Below are positions 1 through 9,739 of a stretch of DNA of 61,870 nt, in pieces. The notes beneath the pieces were generated by a model, which was not told where the DNA came from, ran no database searches, and worked only from the letters and a program-made list of their open reading frames with translations. How positions within the stretch are numbered: position 1 is the first letter of the stretch; each line of letters begins with the position of its first letter. The translations under genes were made by a program, and so were the position numbers. Where the stretch lies: sequence record SRR22947727_1620; one strand, written 5' to 3'.

Positions 1-43
1 CTGAGCCGTAATCAGATGCGCTATTCAGTTGCGCCACGAGGCC
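1..43 (-). tRNA. tRNA-Arg(ACG), 5' portion (3' end lies outside the window)
   Basis: Reverse complement GGCCTCGTGGCGCAACTGAATAGCGCATCTGATTACGGCTCAG shows the acceptor 5' strand, D-arm GCGC/GCGC and anticodon stem with loop TTACGGC (ACG). Confidence 0.93.
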
Positions 44-66
44 GTTGTTGTCCCTTGTTGGGGGTG

Positions 67-97
67 CAAATATAATTCTTTTTGGGCTTGTGCCAAA
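67..97 (-). promoter_or_regulatory. Bacteroidota primary-sigma promoter for the tRNA (-33 TTTG, -7 TATATTTG)
   Basis: Plus-strand caaatata at 67-74 and caaa at 94-97, 19-nt spacer. Confidence 0.7.
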
Positions 98-170
98 TAC
101 TTGTGTGAAATACTTACAAGAAATCTGCAGCGGTAGTATCTGAGGAAAATGCTGTAGGGGTATGGATGCT

Positions 171-317
171 TTATTTATTATCCAAAGCTCGGGTAGTTAC
201 ATAATAGCGCCAACCTACTAAAGCCAACTGCCATTTCTTTGCATGGGCTAAGTCCAGTCTTTTTTTGGTCAAAGAGGGGAGGAGTATCTTGTTAAGCTGT
301 GCGAGAATTTTAAACAT
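171..317 (-). CDS. Small basic 48-aa protein MFKILAQLNKILLPSLTKKRLDLAHAKKWQLALVGWRYYVTTRALDNK, absent from the ORF track
   Basis: Clean ATG..TAA frame read by hand; TATATTTG -7 element on the minus strand at 361-368; fills an otherwise empty gap. Confidence 0.75.
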   Translation of the reverse strand: MFKILAQLNKILLPSLTKKRLDLAHAKKWQLALVGWRYYVTTRALDNK

Positions 318-458
318 GAATTTTATAGATTTAAGAACTTATTTTTCTAAAATGCATGCACAAATATACATTATTTGAAACTGCAGCGTCTAGTGTGGTT
401 TGCTGTTTTTTTTCAATTCATTAGTAGGGCTTTACTATATTTGCTCCAAATTGAGACT

Positions 459-1397
459 ATGTTAGACGCTTTGTATATTGTATTGGGATTGGTAGCCTTA
501 ATCTTTGGAGGAAACTGGTTGTTGAAAGCAGCTGTAGCCCTTTCACTAAGGTTAAAGATTCCTAAAATTGTCATTGGAATGACCGTGGTGTCTTTTGCCA
601 CTTCTGCGCCGGAGCTTATAGTGAGTATAAAAGCAGCTTTGGATGGTTTTCCAGACCTTTCTTTGGGGAATGTTATTGGGTCTAATATAGCTAATTTGGG
701 ATTGGTGCTCGGAATTACTTTATTACTAGGAACTATCGAGGTGACCAAGAGTTTTTACAAAACAGATTGGCCTGTGATGTTTTTAGCCTCAATAATCTTC
801 TTCGCTTTTCTTTATATAGACGGTGAGTTGGTTTTCTGGGAAGGTCTTGTAATGTTTTCCATGTTATTGGTCTTTTTATGGTACTTACTTCGCAACCAAG
901 ATAATGCAGTTATAGATGAATTGCCAGAAGATGACATACCCTTACCACTGCACAAGACTTTATTATTTATGGTGCTGGGTGGTCTAGGACTTTGGGGAGG
1001 TTCAGAGTTGTTAATTTCTGGGGCGGTAGGTTTGGCTACTTTTTTTGGAGTGTCTGAGCGAATAATAGGAATTACGATTGTTTCTGTGGGCACCAGTGTG
1101 CCTGAATTGGCGGCCTCTGTTATTGCGGTATTGAAGAAGGAGAAGGCTATTTCTCTTGGAAACTTACTGGGGTCTAATATCTTTAATATTTTTGCTGTTT
1201 TGGGCATTACAGCCATGATTACCCCAATAAAAGTGATGGATCAGGCACTTTTGGAATCTGACATTTATTGGATGCTGGGTTTTGCGTTTATATTACTTCC
1301 CTTAGTTTTTGTGCCTAGTAAAATGAGATTGGGTTGGAGGGACGGCCTTATTTTACTCGCTGCTTATGCAGCTTTTATTTATGTGACTATTTCTTAG
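459..1397 (+). CDS. Calcium/sodium antiporter (YrbG/CaCA family)
   Basis: Two alpha-repeats (ATSAPEL..GNVIGSNIAN; GTSVPEL..GNLLGSNIFN). Start moved to ATG 459 behind TATATTTG at 436-443. Confidence 0.92.
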   Translation: MLDALYIVLGLVALIFGGNWLLKAAVALSLRLKIPKIVIGMTVVSFATSAPELIVSIKAALDGFPDLSLGNVIGSNIANLGLVLGITLLLGTIEVTKSFYKTDWPVMFLASIIFFAFLYIDGELVFWEGLVMFSMLLVFLWYLLRNQDNAVIDELPEDDIPLPLHKTLLFMVLGGLGLWGGSELLISGAVGLATFFGVSERIIGITIVSVGTSVPELAASVIAVLKKEKAISLGNLLGSNIFNIFAVLGITAMITPIKVMDQALLESDIYWMLGFAFILLPLVFVPSKMRLGWRDGLILLAAYAAFIYVTIS

Positions 1398-1402
1398 GGA
1401 GC

Positions 1403-1437
1403 AAAAAAAAAGGCATCCGCTTTAGCGAACACCTTTT
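1403..1437 (-). terminator. Intrinsic terminator of the GSII gene
   Basis: Minus strand GGTGTTCGCT-AA-AGCGGATGCC (G-U pairs work only on this strand) followed by a T run. Confidence 0.65.
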
Positions 1438-1460
1438 AAGTAATAAGTGTAAGTATGTTT

Positions 1461-2474
1461 TTAAGAAATATTGGCAGACTTTACAGTCTTTATAATACGT
1501 CCGGCAATTTTATATGGATCTCCGTTAGACGCTGGTCTTCTGTCTTCCAACCAACCTTTCCATCCTTTTTCTACAGTGATAATAGGAATTCTAATAGAAG
1601 CCCCACGATCAGATACCCCGTAGCTAAAGTCTTTGATAGAAGCAGTTTCGTGTAAACCAGTCAAACGTTGGTCGTTAAACTCACCGTATACTTCAATGTG
1701 TTCTTTAACAACTGGTCTAAATGCTTCACATATTTTCTCATAAGTTTCTTTAGAACCACAAGTTCTAAGGACTGTATTAGAGAAGTTTGCATGCATACCA
1801 GAACCATTCCAGTCTCCTTTTATAGGTTTTGGGTGGTATTCAATATAGTATCCATATTTTTCTGTCAATCTGTCTAATAAGTAACGTGATACCCAGATTT
1901 CATCTCCAGCCCTTTTGGCGCCTTTGGCAAACAATTGGAATTCCCATTGCCCGCTAGCTACTTCTTGGTTTATACCTTCAAAGTTTAATCCAGCGTCAAT
2001 ACACAAGTTAGCGTGCTCTTCTACAAAGCTTCTTCCATGGGTATTTCTCCCGCCAACAGAACAGTAATACATACCTTGTGGCCCAGGGTAACCTCCCACT
2101 GGAAATCCTAAAGGCAATTGGGTATTCTTGTCCATGATAAAATATTCTTGTTCGAAACCGAACCAGAAATCATTGTCGTCGTCATCTATTGTAGCTCTTG
2201 CATTAGAAAGGTGTGGTGTACCGTCTGCATTTAAAACTTCTGTCATGACTAAATAACCATCTCTTCTTGCTGGATCTGGATAAATAGCTACTGGCTTTAA
2301 TAAACAATCAGAAGAACCTCCTTCAGCTTGTTTCGTAGAACTTCCGTCAAAAGACCATATTGGACAGTCTTCTAACTTTCCAGAGAAGTTTTCTTCTACT
2401 TTTGTTTTACTTCTTAAGTTGGCTGTTGGTTTATAACCATCTAACCAAAGGTATTCTAATTTAGATTTACTCAT
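1461..2474 (-). CDS. glnII: Glutamine synthetase type II
   Basis: EYLWLDG, WSFDGSST, FGFEQEY, GINQEVASGQWEFQ, DWNGSGMHANFS, RLTGLHET, RGASIRIP, LEDRRPASNGDPY; 337 aa from MSKSK. Confidence 0.93.
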   Translation of the reverse strand: MSKSKLEYLWLDGYKPTANLRSKTKVEENFSGKLEDCPIWSFDGSSTKQAEGGSSDCLLKPVAIYPDPARRDGYLVMTEVLNADGTPHLSNARATIDDDDNDFWFGFEQEYFIMDKNTQLPLGFPVGGYPGPQGMYYCSVGGRNTHGRSFVEEHANLCIDAGLNFEGINQEVASGQWEFQLFAKGAKRAGDEIWVSRYLLDRLTEKYGYYIEYHPKPIKGDWNGSGMHANFSNTVLRTCGSKETYEKICEAFRPVVKEHIEVYGEFNDQRLTGLHETASIKDFSYGVSDRGASIRIPIITVEKGWKGWLEDRRPASNGDPYKIAGRIIKTVKSANIS

Positions 2475-2523
2475 GAGTTGATTGTTTAAGTTTAACGACC
2501 CTATAAAATTATAATATTTTGAC

Positions 2524-2600
2524 ATAGCCACAGAAAAAGATGGGGTATTTTATTAAAAAGTTATTAAAAATTTCTGACCCCTATGTTTTTTAGGGGGTAA
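2524..2600. promoter_or_regulatory. Two copies of a candidate nitrogen-regulon operator in the glnII/GSIII divergent promoter region
   Basis: ATAGCCACAGAAAAAGATGGGGTAT (2524-2548) and GACCCCTATGTTTTTTAGGGGGTAA (2576-2600) both align with the palindrome at 14506-14530. Confidence 0.65.
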
Positions 2601-2656
2601 ATTGCAAATACTATATTTATTTGGTTTTATTTTGCAGTATTGATAATTGACTATTT

Positions 2657-4852
2657 ATGAAAACAGATTTCTCCCAACTTAGATTCAATGCTTTAGCGCA
2701 AAGTTCACAGCAAATGTCTGTGCCTGTGAGCGAACCCAATAGAAGGTCTTCCCTTTTTGGGAGCCATGTTTTTAATGACTATAAGATGCTACAATACCTC
2801 ACAAAGGATGCTATTGGTGCTGTTAGAGATGCAATCACTTCAGGCAGTAAGATTGACAGAAAATTAGCAGATCAGGTGGCTGAGGGTATGAAAACATGGG
2901 CCATAGAAATGGGGGCAACGCATTACACCCATTGGTTTCAGCCTTTAACAGGTGCAACCGCAGAAAAACATGACGCTTTTTTTGATATTCAAGATGGCCA
3001 AGCTTTAGAAATCTTTGGTGGGGCTCAATTGGTGCAGCAAGAACCAGACGCCTCTAGTTTTCCAAGTGGAGGCATTAGAAATACCTTTGAGGCAAGGGGT
3101 TACACTGCTTGGGATCCTAGTTCTCCAGCTTTTGTTTATGGGACTACACTTTGTATACCCACTATTTTTGTTTCTTATACAGGAGAAGCATTGGACAATA
3201 AAGCACCTTTACTTAGGGCTTTAAATGCTGTAGATGAAGCAGCTACCGCTGTAGCTAAATATTTTGACAAAACAGTTACAAAGGTAAACGCAACCTTAGG
3301 GTGGGAGCAAGAGTATTTCTTAATTGACAAATCGTTGGCTACGGCCAGAATAGACATTACGCTTACAGGAAGGACGCTATTGGGCCATACGGCTGCCAAA
3401 GGACAGCAATTAGAAGACCACTACTTTGGTGTTATTCCCTCTAGGGTTATTGGTTTTATGAGTGAGCTGGAGAAGGAGTGTATGGTTTTGGGAATTCCAG
3501 TAAAAACTAGACACAATGAGGTGGCACCAAACCAATTTGAATTGGCGCCAGTTTTTGAAGAAGCCAATTTAGCGGTAGACCATAACCTTCTTTTAATGGA
3601 TGTCATGGATAAGGTTGCAGACAAGCACCATTTAAAAGTGTTGTTTCACGAAAAACCTTTTGCAGGAATAAATGGCTCTGGAAAACACAACAATTGGTCA
3701 CTTGCTACAGATACGGGTATTAATTTATTGAGCCCAGGTTCTACGCCAATGAAGAATTTACAGTTTCTGACCTTTTTTATTAATACCATTAAAGCAGTAG
3801 ACACATATGAATCGTTGTTAAGGTCTTCTATTGCTTCTGCTAGTAATGACCACAGATTAGGTGCCAATGAAGCGCCACCTGCTATTTTTTCTATATTTAT
3901 TGGGAAACAACTCTCTGCAGTTTTAGATGAATTAGAAGGGGTGTCTTTGGGTAAATTATCACCAGAAGAAAAAACAGAACTCAAGCTCAATGTAGTGGGT
4001 AAAATTCCTGAAATACTCATGGATAATACGGACCGCAACAGGACTTCTCCCTTTGCCTTTACGGGCAATAAATTTGAGATGAGGGGCGTGGGGTCAAAAA
4101 CCAACTGCGCTAAGCCTATGACGGTCTTAAACACTGCTGTAGCCCAACAATTGCGGTTGTTTAAAAAAGAAGTAGACAGCTTAATAGACCAAAAAGGGCT
4201 CAAGAAAGATGAGGCCATATTCAATGTATTAAGGGAGTATATAAAATCTTCTAAGCGCATTCGTTTTGAGGGAGATGGGTACAGTGAGGCTTGGGAGCAA
4301 GAAGCGGCAAAAAGAAAACTCAGTAATCTCAAGACCACACCAGAGGCAGTTGCTGTAATGAGTGAAAAATCCAATGTGACTTTGTTTGATCAGATGGGTG
4401 TGTTAAGTCCTATTGAATTAAAGGCCAGACAAGAAGTGGAGTGGGAAGCTTATGTGATGCATACCCAAATTGAAGGCAGGGTGTATGAGGAGTTGGTGTA
4501 CAGTCAGATTTTACCATCTGCCGTAGGCTATATGAATGTGTTGCTAGAGAATCTAAGTAAAATGAATACGGTAATGGAGCAGGTGACTGCCTTAAAAGAG
4601 AGCGCTCAAGGACAGCTGTTTTCTGAAATTAATAAGTATGTGCAGGACTTAAAAATAAGTGTAGACAATATGACTCAGGCCAGAAAAGCAGCCAATAAAT
4701 TAGCTAGTTCAAGCGACAGGGCTCACGCCTATGCTTTTGAGGTAAAACCTTTGTTTGAAGTCATTAGATCTAATTCAGATCAGTTAGAAAAACTCATGAG
4801 TGACAGCCACTGGCCGCTATTAAAATACAGAGAACTCTTGCAAATTAGATAG
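2657..4852 (+). CDS. Glutamine synthetase type III
   Basis: 731 aa; ATHYTHWFQPLTG, EPDASSFPSGG, LGWEQEYF, HNEVAPNQFE, NGSGKHNNWS, RLGANEAPP, DRNRTSPFAFTGNKFE. Confidence 0.95.
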   Translation: MKTDFSQLRFNALAQSSQQMSVPVSEPNRRSSLFGSHVFNDYKMLQYLTKDAIGAVRDAITSGSKIDRKLADQVAEGMKTWAIEMGATHYTHWFQPLTGATAEKHDAFFDIQDGQALEIFGGAQLVQQEPDASSFPSGGIRNTFEARGYTAWDPSSPAFVYGTTLCIPTIFVSYTGEALDNKAPLLRALNAVDEAATAVAKYFDKTVTKVNATLGWEQEYFLIDKSLATARIDITLTGRTLLGHTAAKGQQLEDHYFGVIPSRVIGFMSELEKECMVLGIPVKTRHNEVAPNQFELAPVFEEANLAVDHNLLLMDVMDKVADKHHLKVLFHEKPFAGINGSGKHNNWSLATDTGINLLSPGSTPMKNLQFLTFFINTIKAVDTYESLLRSSIASASNDHRLGANEAPPAIFSIFIGKQLSAVLDELEGVSLGKLSPEEKTELKLNVVGKIPEILMDNTDRNRTSPFAFTGNKFEMRGVGSKTNCAKPMTVLNTAVAQQLRLFKKEVDSLIDQKGLKKDEAIFNVLREYIKSSKRIRFEGDGYSEAWEQEAAKRKLSNLKTTPEAVAVMSEKSNVTLFDQMGVLSPIELKARQEVEWEAYVMHTQIEGRVYEELVYSQILPSAVGYMNVLLENLSKMNTVMEQVTALKESAQGQLFSEINKYVQDLKISVDNMTQARKAANKLASSSDRAHAYAFEVKPLFEVIRSNSDQLEKLMSDSHWPLLKYRELLQIR

Positions 4853-4957
4853 TCTTCTTTAAGATTGTTTGTTATTGAGGATAAGTTTTGGGAATATTAT
4901 GCTACAATAGCTTGAACTTTTTAAGGATTCCCTTATTTTTGCACAAAACACGAATGA

Positions 4958-6136
4958 ATGGATTCAAATCAACAGGGAAGGTATAGTCAAAGAGGTGTTT
5001 CAGCAGCAAAGGAAGACGTGCATAATGCTATAAAGAATATAGATAAAGGGCTGTTCCCTAAGGCTTTTTGTAAAATTGTACCTGACCACCTTACTGGAGA
5101 TTTAGACTATTGTTTGGTCATGCATGCAGATGGAGCAGGAACTAAATCTTCCTTGGCCTATATGTACTGGAAACAAACTGGAGACCTTTCGGTTTGGAAG
5201 GGCATTGCTCAGGATGCGTTGATTATGAACATAGATGACCTTATTTGTGTAGGCGCCACGGACCATATTATGTTGTCTTCTACCATTGGTAGGAATAAAA
5301 ATTTAATTCCCGCTGAGGTGCTTTCTGCCATTATTAATGGCACGGAGAAACTCATAGAAGACCTTTCAAAACACGGTATTATTATTCATAGTACTGGCGG
5401 TGAAACCGCCGATGTTGGCGATCTAGTACGTACCATCATTGTAGATTCTACCGTAACGGCGCGTTTACCAAGAAAAAACGTCATAGACAACGCTAATATT
5501 AAAGCAGGAGATGTTATTGTAGGTTTGTCTTCTTCAGGACAAGCTACCTATGAGACCGAGTACAACGGAGGAATGGGAAGTAATGGACTAACTTCTGCAC
5601 GTCATGATGTTTTTGGTCAAGATTTGGCAAAAAAATTCCCTGAAAGTTTTGATCCTGCTGTTCCTGGTGAGTTGGTTTATTCGGGTGCACTAGGACTCAC
5701 AGATTCAGTGGAAGGAAGTCCAGTAAATGCTGGTAAGTTGGTACTTTCACCAACAAGAACTTATGCGCCAATTGTAAAGAAAATATTGGGTAAATACAAT
5801 GCAGAGGACATTCATGGAATGGTACATTGTAGTGGTGGTGCTCAAACAAAAATCTTACATTTTGTAGAAGGCCTTCATATTATTAAAGACAATATGTTTG
5901 AAGTGCCTGTGCTTTTTAAAATGATTCAGGAACAATCCAAAACACCTTGGAGAGAGATGTACGAAGTTTTTAACTGCGGTCATAGATTGGAGTTGTATGT
6001 AAACCCAGCAGTAGCAGAAGATTTAATCGCTATTTCTGCTTCTTTTGGTGTAGCCGCTCAAATCATTGGAAGGGTAACGGACAGTGAGATTAAAAAACTA
6101 ACTATAGAGAGTTCTTACGGAACTTTTGAATATTAA
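4958..6136 (+). CDS. purM: Phosphoribosylformylglycinamidine cyclo-ligase (AIR synthase), Bacteroidota type
   Basis: MHADGAGTKS, GGETADVG, SNGLTSARH, LSPTRTY, HCSGGAQTK, VFNCGHR. Confidence 0.9.
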   Translation: MDSNQQGRYSQRGVSAAKEDVHNAIKNIDKGLFPKAFCKIVPDHLTGDLDYCLVMHADGAGTKSSLAYMYWKQTGDLSVWKGIAQDALIMNIDDLICVGATDHIMLSSTIGRNKNLIPAEVLSAIINGTEKLIEDLSKHGIIIHSTGGETADVGDLVRTIIVDSTVTARLPRKNVIDNANIKAGDVIVGLSSSGQATYETEYNGGMGSNGLTSARHDVFGQDLAKKFPESFDPAVPGELVYSGALGLTDSVEGSPVNAGKLVLSPTRTYAPIVKKILGKYNAEDIHGMVHCSGGAQTKILHFVEGLHIIKDNMFEVPVLFKMIQEQSKTPWREMYEVFNCGHRLELYVNPAVAEDLIAISASFGVAAQIIGRVTDSEIKKLTIESSYGTFEY

Positions 6137-6182
6137 GAAGGTCAATTTATTGTACCTTTACTTGAATAACTAGCTCAAATTT

Positions 6183-7259
6183 ATGTTAGAAAAATTACAT
6201 GTTGTAAAACAGCGTTTTGACGAAGTATCAGACTTGATTATCCAGCCAGATATCATTCAAGATCAAAAGCGTTATGTTCAGCTCAACAAAGAATACAAGG
6301 ACCTAAAATCACTCATGGACAAAAGAGAATTATACATCTCTTTTACCAATAATATTGAAGAGTCTCAGGAGATTATTGATGATGGTTCAGATGCTGAAAT
6401 GGTAGAAATGGCCAAAATGCAGTTAGATGAAGCCAAAGCTGCACTACCCGCTTTGGAAGAAGAAATTAAGTTTTTGCTCATCCCAAAAGAACCAGAAGAC
6501 GCCAAGAATGTTGTGGTGGAGATTCGCGCTGGTACTGGAGGAGATGAAGCCAGTATTTTTGCTGGAGATCTTTTTAGAATGTACACCAAATACTGTGAGT
6601 CTAGAGGATGGAAAACCAATGTGATTGACCTAAGTGAAGGGACTTCCGGAGGGTATAAAGAGATACAGTTCGAGGTTAATGGAGAAGATGTATATGGAAC
6701 GCTAAAATTTGAAGCAGGTGTTCACCGGGTTCAAAGGGTACCTCAAACAGAGACACAAGGTAGGGTCCATACGAGTGCTGCTACTGTTATGGTGCTTCCT
6801 GAAGCAGAGGAATTTGACGTTCAAATAGATCCAAAGGATGTGAGAATAGATTTCTTTTGTTCCTCAGGACCAGGAGGACAATCTGTAAACACGACCTATT
6901 CTGCCGTGAGGTTAACACACCTTCCAACTGGTTTGGTGGCACAGTGTCAAGACCAAAAATCCCAACACAAAAATAAAGACAAAGCCTTTGTAGTGCTTAG
7001 GTCTAGGCTATACGATATGGAATTGGCTAAAAAGCAAGAAGCAGACGCAGCCAAAAGAAATTCTCAAGTAAGTTCAGGAGATAGGTCTGCAAAAATTAGA
7101 ACCTACAACTACCCTCAAGGTAGGGTCACAGACCACCGTATAGGACTAACCTTGTATGACTTACAGAATATTGTAAATGGAGACATTCAAAAGATTTTGA
7201 GTGAGTTAATGCTTGTAGACAATACAGAGAAATTGAAAGAAGCTTCAGAGATTTTTTAG
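6183..7259 (+). CDS. prfA: Peptide chain release factor 1
   Basis: [12 protein letters not shown] (PxT recognition loop), [22 protein letters not shown]. Confidence 0.97.
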   Translation: MLEKLHVVKQRFDEVSDLIIQPDIIQDQKRYVQLNKEYKDLKSLMDKRELYISFTNNIEESQEIIDDGSDAEMVEMAKMQLDEAKAALPALEEEIKFLLIPKEPEDAKNVVVEIRAGTGGDEASIFAGDLFRMYTKYCESRGWKTNVIDLSEGTSGGYKEIQFEVNGEDVYGTLKFEAGVHRVQRVPQTETQGRVHTSAATVMVLPEAEEFDVQIDPKDVRIDFFCSSGPGGQSVNTTYSAVRLTHLPTGLVAQCQDQKSQHKNKDKAFVVLRSRLYDMELAKKQEADAAKRNSQVSSGDRSAKIRTYNYPQGRVTDHRIGLTLYDLQNIVNGDIQKILSELMLVDNTEKLKEASEIF

Positions 7260-7311
7260 TCTCACAGCTTTAATACCATAATCTGGTGTAGTACCAGTGA
7301 AAAAATTAATC

Positions 7312-8139
7312 ATGACGCTTCCTTTCTTAATAAATCAGATTGAAAAAAAATCATCTTTCCTTTGCGTGGGACTAGATGTAGATTTAGATAAAATCCCAGC
7401 CCACCTTTTAAAAGAAGCGGACCCTATATTTGCTTTTAATAAAGCCATTATAGACGCCACCCATTCTTATGCGGTAGCTTATAAGCCCAATATGGCTTTT
7501 TATGAAGCCTATGGCGTTAAGGGATGGTTGGCATTAGAAAAGACCATTCAATATTTGAATCAAAATTATCCAGAGCTCTTTACTATCGCAGACGCTAAAA
7601 GAGGTGATATTGGTAATACAGCTAGTAGGTATGCCAAAGCTTTTTTTGAAGATTTAGGATTTAATTCCATTACGGTAGCACCATATATGGGTAAGGATTC
7701 GGTAGAGCCTTTTTTAGCTTTTGAAGACAAATTCACTATTTTATTAGGACTTACCTCAAATCCAGGTGCTGCAGATTTTGAAATGTTGCCTATGGCTAAT
7801 GGCAAATATTTGTATGAAACAGTGATTGAAACAGCCGCCCAATATAAAAACGCCCACCAATTAATGTATGTGGTTGGGGCTACACAGGCCAATGCTATAA
7901 AAGACATTAGAGCTTTGGTTCCAGATAGTTTTCTGTTGGTTCCGGGTGTGGGTGCTCAAGGAGGCAGTTTAGCAGAAGTTTGCTCAGAAGGTCTTAATGA
8001 CCAAGTAGGTTTATTGGTGAATTCCTCTAGGGGTATTATATACGCTTCTTCAGGAGAAGATTTTGCTTTGGCAGCAGCAGGACAGGCTGCTCTTTTGCAG
8101 GCTGAGATGGCAACTATTTTAAGTCAAAAGAAAAATTAA
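7312..8139 (+). CDS. pyrF: Orotidine-5'-phosphate decarboxylase
   Basis: [39 protein letters not shown] 7312 preferred as start. Confidence 0.95.
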   Translation: MTLPFLINQIEKKSSFLCVGLDVDLDKIPAHLLKEADPIFAFNKAIIDATHSYAVAYKPNMAFYEAYGVKGWLALEKTIQYLNQNYPELFTIADAKRGDIGNTASRYAKAFFEDLGFNSITVAPYMGKDSVEPFLAFEDKFTILLGLTSNPGAADFEMLPMANGKYLYETVIETAAQYKNAHQLMYVVGATQANAIKDIRALVPDSFLLVPGVGAQGGSLAEVCSEGLNDQVGLLVNSSRGIIYASSGEDFALAAAGQAALLQAEMATILSQKKN

Positions 8140-8212
8140 TTCCCTAATTTAGGGGAATACTTGCCAAACCATTGGCTAAAACCATTTTATTGATCTCATA
8201 AATTCCCTCGTA

Positions 8213-8992
8213 TTGATTCATTACAATTGTTACAGAAATCCAGAAGCCCAAGAGTGGGTTACTTTTGTTCATGGTGCTGGAGGGAGTTCTTCTATTTGGT
8301 TTAAACAATTAAAAGCTTTTAGAAAGATTTATAACGTGCTTCTTCTAGATCTAAGAGGGCACGGAGATTCTAAAATGCCCTTGAAACAAGCTTTTGATAA
8401 AAAGTATACTTTTAACGCCATTACCCAGGATATTATTGAAGTTTTGGATTATGAAAAGATTGAAAAATCACACTTTATAGGTATTTCACTGGGGACTATA
8501 TTGATTAGAAATCTTGCTGAAAAAAAGCCAGAACGCGTGCTGAGTATGATTATGGGTGGGGCTATTTTAAAACTTAATTTTAGGTCACAAGTGCTTATGC
8601 GTTTGGGGGTGATGTTTAAGTCTGTAGTGCCTTATTTGTGGTTGTACTCTTTTTTTGCTTTTGTGATTATGCCCAATAAAAACCATAGAGAATCCAGAAC
8701 ACTTTTTGTTAGAGAAGCTAAAAAACTGTATCAGAAAGAGTTTATAAAGTGGTTTAAGCTCACTGCAGAAATAAACCCTTTGCTTCGTTTTTTTAGAAAT
8801 GTTGAGGTGAAGATCCCTACACTTTATGTCATGGGCGCAGAAGACTATTTGTTTTTGCCTTCTGTAAGAAAAATGACTGAGACACATTTGTCAGCATCTT
8901 TATTTGTGGTAGAATCTTGTGGTCATGTAGTGAATGTAGAGCAGCCAGAAGTCTTTAATACAGCGGTAATTTCTTATTTAGGAAAGCTCTAG
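8213..8992 (+). CDS. Alpha/beta hydrolase
   Basis: FVHGAGG, DLRGHG, GISLG nucleophile elbow, C-terminal GH; TTG start. Confidence 0.85.
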   Translation: MIHYNCYRNPEAQEWVTFVHGAGGSSSIWFKQLKAFRKIYNVLLLDLRGHGDSKMPLKQAFDKKYTFNAITQDIIEVLDYEKIEKSHFIGISLGTILIRNLAEKKPERVLSMIMGGAILKLNFRSQVLMRLGVMFKSVVPYLWLYSFFAFVIMPNKNHRESRTLFVREAKKLYQKEFIKWFKLTAEINPLLRFFRNVEVKIPTLYVMGAEDYLFLPSVRKMTETHLSASLFVVESCGHVVNVEQPEVFNTAVISYLGKL

Positions 8993-9130
8993 TATTATTT
9001 CTAATAAACCAGTGTTTCTAGTCCCATTAATATTTAAAACTATTATTAGCCTACTTTGTTAAACTAATTAATCTTGGGTCACTATTCGGACTTAACTTTT
9101 AAGCTGCTATCTAATTTCCTTATTAAACCG

Positions 9131-9158
9131 ATAAAACCAGCGTCTCCACCGGTTTTAT
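9131..9158 (-). terminator. Hairpin/terminator downstream of the 9230-9622 gene
   Basis: Minus strand ATAAAACCGGTG-GAGA-CGCTGGTTTTAT: GNRA loop, and G-U pairs valid only on the minus strand. Confidence 0.6.
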
Positions 9159-9229
9159 ACTGACTAAATCTAAAAAAATAATGAAAAAATATTCTCGCTC
9201 GTTACCTTTATAACGCATTAATTTTGTCA

Positions 9230-9622
9230 TTATTGTGCTGGCCCAGATGTTTTGGACCATTTTTGGAATAGCAGCATAAATTGCTTTACCTCATTCCTGT
9301 AGGCGTCAAGATAATCTTGAGGAGATTTACTGTGGTACTCTAAACCCCTACAATAGCCATGAATATTTTTTCCGATACAGTTTATGAAATTCAAAATGTT
9401 TTTTCGCTCTTCAAGATTGTGAACAAAGGAGAGGTGTTTTAGGCTGCTCAAAAGTTCTTTGCTGTCTCCAATAAGGCTGTGAAGAATACTGTGGTTAAAA
9501 TTCCAGTATTTATAACCTTTAAGGAGCTCATAGTCATAATAGAAATAGCCCGCCAAAGCATTGCTGAGCCGCTCCAATTCAGTGGCTTTATGTTCTAAGT
9601 GCTTTGGTGTTTTAGTATTCAT
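9230..9622 (-). CDS. Hypothetical protein (130 aa) divergent from the Lrp/AsnC regulator
   Basis: Non-overlapping ORF with a downstream hairpin; no family recognised. Confidence 0.6.
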   Translation of the reverse strand: MNTKTPKHLEHKATELERLSNALAGYFYYDYELLKGYKYWNFNHSILHSLIGDSKELLSSLKHLSFVHNLEERKNILNFINCIGKNIHGYCRGLEYHSKSPQDYLDAYRNEVKQFMLLFQKWSKTSGPAQ

Positions 9623-9739
9623 TAACTAGGAATATGGTCTTGATGTAAAAATAAAGGTATTTAGAGATGGATTAATTTACTTTATATAGGTATATTTTAT
9701 TTATTCTTTATATTGCAATTTATTTAAACATATTTTCTT

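Noticed and set aside
1-43. tRNA as an island or prophage integration site
   Set aside because: The 3' end and downstream DNA are outside the window, and no integrase is visible.
3646-4374. Long antisense ORFs (242 aa here, and similar ones opposite amtB, guaB, sucC, cca and dapD)
   Set aside because: Shadow frames of well-supported genes, with no motifs of their own.
6183-7259. Programmed frameshift in the release factor
   Set aside because: This is RF1 (PxT motif) in one continuous frame; the known frameshift belongs to prfB.
9181-9213. Plus-strand micro-ORF MKKYSRSLPL as a leader peptide
   Set aside because: No downstream plus-strand gene to attenuate, and the nearby hairpins fold better on the minus strand; translation is not excluded.
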